32,000 bases of DNA from Candidatus Lokiarchaeum ossiferum (GCA_025839675.1 CP104013.1:1980001-2012000); one strand, 5' to 3'; positions 9,167-16,204 are shown, counted from the first letter of the stretch. The notes: generated by a model not told the origin, from the letters alone. Numbers and translations are program-made.

Positions 9167-9906
9167 ACCGATTCTTGGATTTTATTTAAAATATCAGGTA
9201 AATTTTCGGGAATTTTTGTCACATCTTGAAAAATGAAATCCGGATTCGCTTCCTTCATCGTTTCAAGAGTACAAAACCCAGAAAGAACTCCAATGGTGGT
9301 AGTTCCTGCATTTTTCCCCGCTTCTACATCTGCACTAAAATCCCCAACCATAACCAAACGGTTTGGCGGGATCCCCCACTTTTTACTTAGCTTCAAAATC
9401 CCTTCCGGAGCCGGTTTAGGATTTTTAACGGTATCACGACCAATGAGCGCTCCATTAAACTGATCTAAAAATTCAGGTCTATTCTGGAAACGGAGTTTGA
9501 TTTCTTCTTCACTACTCGTCGTACAAATACCAATAGGAAAATTATTTTTTTGAGTCAAAACGTTCAGCATATCTTCTGCACCGGGTATCAGAGACATGTT
9601 GGTAATTCCTTTTTTATAGACTTGATAATTAACTTTTAAAAACTGAAGTCTCTTATACCAAGGGATGTTGTATAATTTGGCAGTTTTTAAGATTGCCCGA
9701 AGAATCGGTGTTTTTCCTTTAAGTTTCGATCCTCCAAATGCCTCAAACATCATCGATTTCACAAATGTTTCCATTTCTGGAGTAAATTCGGAACCATAAA
9801 ATTGAGCCACTTGTCTAGGCATATCTCGAAGGAAAAAATCCATGTTATCAAGCAAAGTACCATCCAAATCGAATATGAAACCAATCTTTCCCGATTCTAA
9901 ATTCAT
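9163..9906 (-). CDS. HAD-superfamily hydrolase (phosphatase, PGP-like subfamily)
   Basis: 247 aa. Motif I is FIFDLDGTLLDN, motif II-like is ICTTSS, and motif IV is MVGDFSADVEAGKNAG. Its stop codon overlaps the hypF stop on the opposite strand. Confidence 0.8.
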   Translation of the reverse strand: MNLESGKIGFIFDLDGTLLDNMDFFLRDMPRQVAQFYGSEFTPEMETFVKSMMFEAFGGSKLKGKTPILRAILKTAKLYNIPWYKRLQFLKVNYQVYKKGITNMSLIPGAEDMLNVLTQKNNFPIGICTTSSEEEIKLRFQNRPEFLDQFNGALIGRDTVKNPKPAPEGILKLSKKWGIPPNRLVMVGDFSADVEAGKNAGTTTIGVLSGFCTLETMKEANPDFIFQDVTKIPENLPDILNKIQESV

Positions 9907-9968
9907 ATAGAGTCAATTATGTTTTATTCTATTTAACTCATTTCCGAAAAAATTTAGAAAAAAACATT

Positions 9969-10211
9969 TCACACATAATCGGCTTTATCAACCAAGTTTT
10001 TCTCTAACATTTCGCGCCATAAAGTTAAGGTTTCTTGAGCAGCTTTTTCATCAACAATTTCAATTGCCATTCCAGCATGCACAATCGCATATTGTCCGAC
10101 TGTAATACTAGGAACTAAAGCCACAATTATTTTTTTCTGGGTACCATCAAAATCAGCTAAGGCTTGATTGCCTTCGATGGATAAAATTCTTGCAGGAATT
10201 GCTAAGCACAC
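9969..10211 (-). CDS. hypC: Hydrogenase assembly chaperone HypC/HupF
   Basis: The sequence MCLAIPARILSIEG...AIVHAGMAIE matches the HypC family throughout. The family needs Cys directly after the initiator Met. That is obtained only by starting at GTG 10211..10209, which gives 80 aa. The tracked ORF (start 10250) and the ATG at 10217 would bury the Cys at position 15 or 4. Confidence 0.85.
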   Translation of the reverse strand: MCLAIPARILSIEGNQALADFDGTQKKIIVALVPSITVGQYAIVHAGMAIEIVDEKAAQETLTLWREMLEKNLVDKADYV

Positions 10212-10373
10212 ATACATAAAAAAAGAGGGAATATTCAAAAAGATGATCATTATTTTCTAAAATAGCACTTTGCATAGCGCCAACTTTACTAAACAAAGAT
10301 ATCTGATGAGGGAAACAAATAAAGTTCCATATTCGAGGTAAAAAACAATGAAAAAAAAGGATGTTAAACTAGT

Positions 10374-11390
10374 TTAATTAATTTTCCACTCAAAAGGAGT
10401 ATAATATTCAGCCGCAAGTTTAAATAGCACATTTTGCAGCGGATCAGTAGATGAAGTATTAAATTCCTTAATAGGGACTAAACAAAGATTTATTTCCAAG
10501 CCTTGTTCACTTTCAATTAAATTTTTACCATCGATAATTACGGTTGTTTCTCCGTCTGGATTTCGTTGGGAAGAATAAATACCTTTGTCAGTGAATACAC
10601 CTAACCCATGATCTTGCTTTTCATCCCAAAGACAGAGCACTTTATCGTGGGCTACCACATCACATTTCAATGAAGTGGGATAAATAAAGGATACATTGTG
10701 TGAAGTTAATTCTTTTGGTAAACAGGAGTGAATTCGAATGACTGGTTTCTCACCCTTTTGAATATCAATAAAGGTGGTGATTGGGAATTTTGCTCCACTT
10801 TTTGCCATTAACGTCGCTTTAACTTGAATTTTGCCGCCAAAATCACTGGCTTCCATTAAATCATACTTAACATCCTCCATGGAGAGAATTTCGGAATCAA
10901 CTTGAATTTGATGCAATTTAGGATAATAATAAAAAGAATCCCCTGCCCAAATTGATCCATTCCCCAACTCTTCCCCCATGATAATTAATTTTTGGTCTTC
11001 AGGAGTCTCTTCTTCTTCATCTTTATCCATGATAGTCAAAGACCCATCGACTTCAACAATAATACGCAATAAATCATTTTCTAAATAATACTCATTACCA
11101 TCTAACAAACCTTCTTCTGGAAGATGTAAATCAGCAGTGGTATCCCGTGCCTTGATGAAGAATTTTTTTTTTCCACTCGCTGGAATATTCTCTGCCACAA
11201 ATCGAACTTGACACCAGCCATCGACTTCAGGATCCATTTGGGATAATAACTCACAATTTGCATCATCATAGACTTGTAATCCTGAAATATGCAAAGTATT
11301 TTCAAAGGAGACTGACACCAACGAAGTTCTGTCCCATGGATGAGGATTTGAAATAGTTATCGGAATCATATTAATTATAGAATTATTCAT
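10374..11390 (-). CDS. Hypothetical beta-sandwich protein resembling the C-terminal domains of GH38 alpha-mannosidases, with no catalytic domain
   Basis: 338-aa ORF. The N-terminus ITISNPHPWDRTSLVSVSF...VYDDANCELLSQ...VRFVAENIPASGKKKFFI, followed by YYLENDLLRIIVEVDGSLTIMDKD, resembles the remembered GH38 C-terminal pattern (NPLswer..v.v / leNe.l.v.id..G.l.si.dk). No N-terminal GH38 catalytic region is present. Confidence 0.35.
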   Translation of the reverse strand: MNNSIINMIPITISNPHPWDRTSLVSVSFENTLHISGLQVYDDANCELLSQMDPEVDGWCQVRFVAENIPASGKKKFFIKARDTTADLHLPEEGLLDGNEYYLENDLLRIIVEVDGSLTIMDKDEEEETPEDQKLIIMGEELGNGSIWAGDSFYYYPKLHQIQVDSEILSMEDVKYDLMEASDFGGKIQVKATLMAKSGAKFPITTFIDIQKGEKPVIRIHSCLPKELTSHNVSFIYPTSLKCDVVAHDKVLCLWDEKQDHGLGVFTDKGIYSSQRNPDGETTVIIDGKNLIESEQGLEINLCLVPIKEFNTSSTDPLQNVLFKLAAEYYTPFEWKIN

Positions 11391-11540
11391 ACTTGTTTAA
11401 ATATCGCATAGTTCTTAAAAAAATTCTTCAGCATATGTATGAAACTTACTGATAGTTCACTATCCAAAAATGTTAATTTTCATCGAATATCCATTCATAT
11501 CCAAAACCTTAATTTTCTTCCCGCCAATATTTTTACAGAG

Positions 11541-11963
11541 ATGACACCCAAGGCGAATACAAAAAAATATACAATTTTACTAGAACGATTAGATGGGTGC
11601 TGTGACAATGGGCAAGCAAGTTATGACGAATTGGTTAAATTTCGTGAACAATTCTTAGCGGATGAGAAAAAGCAACAAATTATTGCGTTTTTAGAAGCTA
11701 TCGGAAATCAAGAACGATATTTAATTATGGAAAGTTTAAGGGACCAAGCCCGATGTGTGTGTGAATTAGAAGCTCTTTTACAAAAATCCCAACCCACAAT
11801 ATCGCACCACTTGCGCGTATTAGAAAAACAAGGGCTGATTTTAGGAATGAAAAAAGGCAAGTTTACTTTCTACTCTTTAGTGAGACGACCATATGAAAAA
11901 ATGTCGAATGAATTTTCAAATTGGGTAAAGCAAGTATCTGCATGGTTTGGAGAAAATCTTTAA
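11541..11963 (+). CDS. ArsR/SmtB-family metalloregulatory transcription factor
   Basis: Winged-HTH core ERYLIMESLRDQARCVCELEALLQKSQPTISHHLRVLEKQGLILGMKKGKFTFYSL, including the CVC metal-site motif and the SHHL recognition helix. I prefer the start at ATG 11541. The tracked ORF start at 11439 adds 34 low-complexity residues and would leave only 48 bp for two divergent promoters. Confidence 0.8.
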   Translation: MTPKANTKKYTILLERLDGCCDNGQASYDELVKFREQFLADEKKQQIIAFLEAIGNQERYLIMESLRDQARCVCELEALLQKSQPTISHHLRVLEKQGLILGMKKGKFTFYSLVRRPYEKMSNEFSNWVKQVSAWFGENL

Positions 11964-11979
11964 TCATTCCTTCTAATTT

Positions 11980-12744
11980 TTATTCATTTATTGCACTTAA
12001 AATAGCTTGCAAAGTCGCCCCTGCACTTTCATGGAAACATAGATCTGCTTCAGAATCATACATAGTTTCTTGATGATTTATAATGATTAATTTGGAGCCA
12101 TTTTCTTTGGCAATCAAGGGAAAGGATGCCGCAGGCATTACTGCCAGTGAAGATCCAATAACAATTAACACATCTGCAGCCATTGAATGGTGTTGAGCAA
12201 GATCCATTTCTTTTTGAGGCATAGGATCCCCAAAATTGACAACAGAACTAATAAGTCGTCCCCCACATGCTGGACATCCCGGTTGATTATCGCGTATTGG
12301 TGATGTGCGGTAGCCATTACCCCACTTCGTAGAATCCCACAAATAATCTTTTGGATGTTGACGATCACATGTTAAGCATCGCATAAGGTGACGATTACCG
12401 TGCAATTCTGCTATGATCTCGGAAGAAATTCCCGACCGAAGATGTAGTCCATCCACATTTTGTGAAATCAGAAATTTTAATAGCCCTCGGTTTTGCAACT
12501 CTACTATCGCTTCATGTCCAGAATTGGGTTGAACTTGATCCATAGTCATTTTCATTTTCAGGGGAGGTAATCCTTTATCCCGACGTGTCCAAACACCATC
12601 AGGACCACGATAATCGGGAATACCAGACTCGGTACTGATCCCAGCGCCTGTAAAAACCACGAGATGCTGCGAATTTTGAATCCATTTTACCGCTAATTGA
12701 ATCCGTTCTTCATAGGATAGATCTTGTTTTGTAGGAGACATCAA
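11980..12744 (-). CDS. NAD-dependent protein deacylase, Sir2 family (sirtuin)
   Basis: 254 aa with GAGISTESGIPDYRGPDGVW, QNVDGLH and the catalytic HGN. A Zn ribbon is present (CLTCDRQ...CPACGG), as is a C-terminal GSSLAV Rossmann block. Confidence 0.9.
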   Translation of the reverse strand: MMSPTKQDLSYEERIQLAVKWIQNSQHLVVFTGAGISTESGIPDYRGPDGVWTRRDKGLPPLKMKMTMDQVQPNSGHEAIVELQNRGLLKFLISQNVDGLHLRSGISSEIIAELHGNRHLMRCLTCDRQHPKDYLWDSTKWGNGYRTSPIRDNQPGCPACGGRLISSVVNFGDPMPQKEMDLAQHHSMAADVLIVIGSSLAVMPAASFPLIAKENGSKLIIINHQETMYDSEADLCFHESAGATLQAILSAINE

Positions 12745-12795
12745 TTATGCTTACGATCCAAACACACTAATTTAAAATTGCACTAATACTTACCC

Positions 12796-13515
12796 ATGAA
12801 ATATATTGGAGTTGATGGATGTCGATCTGGTTGGATGTGCGCCATTATTGAAGAACAAACGAAATTTTCGATTTCAATTTATCCAACTTTAACCTCCCTA
12901 TGGAAGAACCATTCGGACGCAACCCGAATTTTTATAGATATTCCGATTGGGTTGCGAGATTCAGGCTCAACCCCTCGAAAATGTGATCACCTTGCAAGAA
13001 AAATTCTTACCCGAGCACGTTCATCCAGCATATTTCCACCACCTTGCCGTAAGGCACTATATGCGACAACTTATATGGATGCAAATCGAATAAATCGTGA
13101 ACGAACCACCAAAGGGCTTTCCAAACAAGCATGGAATATTTGTGATAAAATACGAGAAATGGATCAATTATTAATCTCTGATACTTCTGCGCGCCCCATT
13201 TTCTATGAAAGTCATCCTGAAGTGTGTTTTTGGGCATTTAATCAAGGAAAACCTATGGAACATTATAAAAAAACACAAGAAGGAATCCAAGAACGAAAAG
13301 AGGTATTACAAAATCTAACTTCTGCTTCCTTTGACCTATTCTCAATACAAAACCACAACATAAAAAATGGGAAATTTGAGTCAGATGATATTTTAGATGC
13401 ATGGGTTCTTGCTTTTGCCTCCTCGAAATCAGCAAGTCAAATCAAATCCTTGCCAAATCCACCAGAATATGATAGATTAGATCATCCAATGCGAATTGTT
13501 TACGCTATGAGATAA
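12796..13515 (+). CDS. DUF429-family protein (predicted RNase H-like fold)
   Basis: 239 aa. The N-terminus MKYIGVDGCRSGWMCAII, and later HPEVCFWA and DDILDAWVLAF, match the remembered DUF429 pattern. Confidence 0.6.
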   Translation: MKYIGVDGCRSGWMCAIIEEQTKFSISIYPTLTSLWKNHSDATRIFIDIPIGLRDSGSTPRKCDHLARKILTRARSSSIFPPPCRKALYATTYMDANRINRERTTKGLSKQAWNICDKIREMDQLLISDTSARPIFYESHPEVCFWAFNQGKPMEHYKKTQEGIQERKEVLQNLTSASFDLFSIQNHNIKNGKFESDDILDAWVLAFASSKSASQIKSLPNPPEYDRLDHPMRIVYAMR

Positions 13516-13708
13516 AAAAAAAGAGTGCTTCTCAACTTTTCTAAATCGCTCTAAAATATTTTTTGACTAATCTAACAAAATGATCATCCTAAAATCAACA
13601 ATTTTGAGTCATCTTAGATTCTTTTTACAATTTTCATTGGTAATCAATTTTGAATATCTTTGATCTCGAACGATTTATTAAGAAAAATGAAATACGTTAG
13701 AACAGAAT

Positions 13709-13715
13709 AAAAAAA
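13709..13715 (-). terminator. Oligo-U tract, a probable archaeal terminator of the hydrogenase operon
   Basis: A7 on the plus strand gives U7 on the minus-strand transcript. It lies about 12 nt after the last GC-rich hairpin of the vhuU 3' UTR. Archaeal RNAP terminates at oligo-T tracts. Confidence 0.4.
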
Positions 13716-13742
13716 GATGAAAAAGGTGAGCATCCCCGGACA

Positions 13743-13794
13743 GGGGTCTCCAGTTTCTCCAGAGTTTGTGAGAAACGTTCATCGAACTCAACCC
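13743..13794 (-). promoter_or_regulatory. Candidate SECIS element (kink-turn / eukaryote-like type) in the vhuU 3' UTR
   Basis: The minus-strand RNA is ...GGGUUGAGUUCG-AUGA-ACG-UUUCUC-ACAAACUCUG-GAGAAA-CUG-GA-GACCCC. UUUCUC (13775..13770) pairs perfectly with GAGAAA (13759..13754), plus a closing G-C. The 10-nt loop is A-rich. The 5' AUGA (13782..13779) faces a 3' GA (13750..13749), allowing tandem sheared G.A/A.G pairs. GGGU (13794..13791) can pair with ACCC (13747..13744) as a lower helix. This was hand-folded only, and a competing GAG-A-CCCC-UGUCC-GGGG-AUG-CUC hairpin exists at 13728..13750. Confidence 0.4.
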
Positions 13795-13801
13795 ATGAAG
13801 T

Positions 13802-13951
13802 TTAACCGCAGTCAACTTCTAACTTGCGAACAATGCGCTCAGTACCATCAGGTTCCACAACGGTTATATGAGCAGCACACGATAATCAGCAATCATAACA
13901 GCGGATTACCATTTCGAGCAAGTTTAAGATACCTTCATTTACTTCTACCAT
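13802..13951 (-). CDS. vhuU: VhuU-like selenopeptide: a separately encoded C-terminal Ni-ligand segment of the [NiFeSe] hydrogenase large subunit, with in-frame UGA (Sec) at 13888..13886
   Basis: Hand translation of the minus strand gives ATG(13951) MVEVNEGILNLLEMVIRCYDC-TGA-LSCAAHITVVEPDGTERIVRKLEVDCG-TAA(13804..13802). With TGA read as Sec this gives ...VIRCYDCULSCAAH, the conserved ...VIRxYDP(C/U)xxCxxH terminus that the upstream large subunit lacks. A 21-aa post-His tail follows, typical of the endopeptidase substrate. The gene is missing from the ORF track because the TGA splits it into pieces shorter than 60 aa. Confidence 0.85.
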
Positions 13952-13977
13952 ATTAGGTCACATTTTAGGTTGTTCGA

Positions 13978-15315
13978 TTATTTTATCCAAGGTTCAGGTA
14001 ATTTAAGTTTTGATAAGGCATCTTGCTCAAAGATTTGTTGAGCGGCATGCTTTACACTTTTCTCAATTCCTGCAATATTATGGTTGGTTGCAACAATGAT
14101 ATTTAATTTACGACAAATCCCATCGGCATCGGTAGCCATATCATAAATTAAATTACCCCGAGGCGCATCAACCATTCCCACACCACGTCCTTCCTTAGGT
14201 TTAACATCAAGAGTTTTGATATCAGTACTTAGGATTTGAGGATCTTTGAGAAGAGTTACAATATTTTCAAAGGCTTCAACAGTTTCGATAATTCGAGCCC
14301 AATGGTAAGCGAAAGTATTGTGAATTACGCCACAATCCGCACCACAGACTTTTTGATACATTTCTTTTCGAGCAGCTTCTGCCAATGGAGTGGACATTTC
14401 ATCACAAGCATTCAACATAGCAAGGGAATTGGTTCGATAAATTCCATCGGGATATCCTGCGGGTTTGAAGTAAGTGTGGCTTGCATAATTATGATCAACC
14501 ACTTTCTCTCCAATTGCTTCAAGATAGTCTGCTGGTTTATAAATGTGCTTTTTACCTTCAGGAGATACGAAAATGATATCACCATCATAAATATCGTGCA
14601 CAATCTTGCCATTGACTTGTTTACCCACACCACAATAATAAGTTTCGGTGGCTGCAACATTTGCAATAACATCCCAATAATCAGATACCACTTTCTTTGC
14701 AATATCTACGGTTTTCTTCACAAATTCTAATTGTTCTGGAATTTGAGCGATATTGGCATCACGAACTGCAGATGACAAGGGATTTCGCATCCCACCGACA
14801 ATTCCTGCAATAGGACCAACAGATTTACCACCAATAGCAGTACAAATGTTTTGGCCAAAATCCATCATTTTTAATGCCATTGCCCCAACTTCAGGCATAT
14901 CCTTGATGATATTCACAACATTACGTTTTCCAGCAGGAGCAAACGGACCATAAATAAAATCAGGAGCAGCCAATGCAAAGAAGTGCAATAAATGAGAACT
15001 GTATTGCTTTGCATTAATAAACAACTGACGCAATTTATAAGCGGCTTCTGGAATTTCTACCCCCCATGCAGCTTCCACAGATTTAGTAGCTGCTAAATGG
15101 TGGGGAATTGGACAAATTCCACAAATTCGATTCGTGATTCGAGGTACATGCTCTGCATATCGCCCTTCACACAATTTTTCAAAGAATCTGGTAGTGGTGA
15201 TGTTGAATTGGACATCCTTTACGGTTTTCCCATCTTCACCCAATACCAGTCGTAATCCACCATGTCCTTCTAATCGAGTGACAGGTTCTATTTCATATAC
15301 TTTATCTGGAGACAT
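13978..15315 (-). CDS. vhuA: [NiFe(Se)] hydrogenase large subunit, group 3 Mvh/Vhu-like, C-terminally truncated (split form)
   Basis: 445 aa. The N-terminal Ni-ligand motifs are present (TRLEGHG and RICGICPIPHH, i.e. RxCGxCxxxH), and the body is hydrogenase-like. It ends ...NHNIAGIEKSVKHAAQQIFEQDALSKLKLPEPWIK with no DPCxxCxxH motif. An AAGGTGA Shine-Dalgarno lies upstream, and its start is 1 nt from the hdrB stop. Confidence 0.9.
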   Translation of the reverse strand: MSPDKVYEIEPVTRLEGHGGLRLVLGEDGKTVKDVQFNITTTRFFEKLCEGRYAEHVPRITNRICGICPIPHHLAATKSVEAAWGVEIPEAAYKLRQLFINAKQYSSHLLHFFALAAPDFIYGPFAPAGKRNVVNIIKDMPEVGAMALKMMDFGQNICTAIGGKSVGPIAGIVGGMRNPLSSAVRDANIAQIPEQLEFVKKTVDIAKKVVSDYWDVIANVAATETYYCGVGKQVNGKIVHDIYDGDIIFVSPEGKKHIYKPADYLEAIGEKVVDHNYASHTYFKPAGYPDGIYRTNSLAMLNACDEMSTPLAEAARKEMYQKVCGADCGVIHNTFAYHWARIIETVEAFENIVTLLKDPQILSTDIKTLDVKPKEGRGVGMVDAPRGNLIYDMATDADGICRKLNIIVATNHNIAGIEKSVKHAAQQIFEQDALSKLKLPEPWIK

Positions 15316-15316
15316 T

Positions 15317-16204
15317 TTAAAGATTCACCTTAGCTAATGCTTCTTTCCCTTTATTACGGTGGAAGTTCAATCCAAGAGATTTTGGATCTTTACCCATGGC
15401 TAATGCCAATAATTCGGTAATATAGAAGATTGGAAATTTATATTCTTCCCCTTCTGCAGCCAGGGCTTTTAATTTCGGTTGTTCACTATCAAATTGCTGG
15501 AAACATGAAGGACAGTTCACAGTCAAACAATCTGCATCTGCTCGTTTGGCTCCATCAATTTTTGATTTTAACATGATGTTGGCAGTGTTCACATCAGAAT
15601 TTCGCACTACATTCCCGCAACACAAGTTTTCTTCTGCAAAGGAAACAGCAGTAGCACCAGTAACTTCTACAAGTTGATGCAAATACTTCAAATCCATCGG
15701 ATCCTCTTCAACCTTTAAAATATGTGAAGGTCGAGCATAATGACATCCTGGATGACAAGCCACTTTCAACCCGGTTAAGGGATGAGTGATTTTTGCTTTA
15801 ATCGCTTCCAAACCAACTTCTTCTACTAATACACGCACGAAGTGCTTTATATTAATTGTTCCATTGTATTCTTTACCAACTTTGGCAAGGATTTCATTTA
15901 CGCCTTTTTTCAAGACAGCATCATGTTTCATTTCATGATCCGCCACAATCATCGATTGAGCACATCCATTACATAAAGACATAATGTCTTTATTTTCTTT
16001 TTCAGCTACTGAGATGTTTCGAGCAGCTAAAGAAGCCCATGTTTTTTGATCCACAAAGCGCAATCCAACAGGATTAGGACAACATGAAAATTCTCCAGGA
16101 GAAGTTACTAAGCCTAATTCATCGAACACTACTTTTGCGGAAGCTTCTAAGAACGGTAGACGATTGGTCATTAAACAACCAGGAAATAATTTGTATTCTG
16201 CCAT
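15317..16204 (-). CDS. hdrB: Heterodisulfide reductase subunit B-like protein (two CCG domains)
   Basis: 295 aa starting MAEYKLFPGCLMTNRLPFLEASAKVVFDELG. Cysteine-rich CCG-type motifs are present (FSCCPNP, LCNGC, ACHPGC, LCCGNVV, NCPSCFQQFD). Its start overlaps the hdrC stop by 1 nt. Confidence 0.85.
   Translation of the reverse strand: MAEYKLFPGCLMTNRLPFLEASAKVVFDELGLVTSPGEFSCCPNPVGLRFVDQKTWASLAARNISVAEKENKDIMSLCNGCAQSMIVADHEMKHDAVLKKGVNEILAKVGKEYNGTINIKHFVRVLVEEVGLEAIKAKITHPLTGLKVACHPGCHYARPSHILKVEEDPMDLKYLHQLVEVTGATAVSFAEENLCCGNVVRNSDVNTANIMLKSKIDGAKRADADCLTVNCPSCFQQFDSEQPKLKALAAEGEEYKFPIFYITELLALAMGKDPKSLGLNFHRNKGKEALAKVNL

Noticed and set aside
10303-10316. CUGAUGAGGGAAAC, resembling a hammerhead ribozyme core or a C-box (UGAUGA).
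   Set aside because: There is no helix II between CUGAUGA and GAAA and no flanking helices I or III. No downstream D box (CUGA) lies at sRNA distance. Chance occurrence is likely.
13717-13956. Plus-strand 79-aa ORF from the track (MKKVSIPGQGSPVSPEFVRNVHRTQ...).
   Set aside because: Its composition (Q/R/H/P-rich) is unlike every other protein here. It is the antisense shadow of the vhuU selenopeptide gene and its structured 3' UTR, which explain the local GC rise much better.
13949-13963. In-frame upstream ATG-TGA (AUG UGA CCU AAU AUG) that could add a second Sec and 4 residues to VhuU.
   Set aside because: An initiator followed immediately by UGA is implausible. The extension adds nothing conserved, and homologous large-subunit sequence begins at the downstream ATG.
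13721-13966. GC-richer island considered as a stand-alone structured ncRNA (SRP RNA, RNase P RNA or C/D sRNA). This includes the flanking inverted repeat AAAAGGTGA / TCACATTTT.
   Set aside because: I could not find the conserved SRP helix-8 (GGAA tetraloop / AGCAGC in the correct geometry) or the RNase P CR-I motifs. The vhuU CDS plus SECIS-like hairpins account for the region. The flanking 9-mer repeat has a mismatch and is half A/T homopolymer, so it is probably chance.
14236-14730. 164-aa plus-strand ORF, together with other ORFs antisense to the hydrogenase, hyp, permease and TPR genes (for example 328..603, 922..1323, 5849..6217, 16084..16434, 30059..30352).
   Set aside because: They are shadow ORFs on the strand opposite strongly supported genes and have no motifs of their own.
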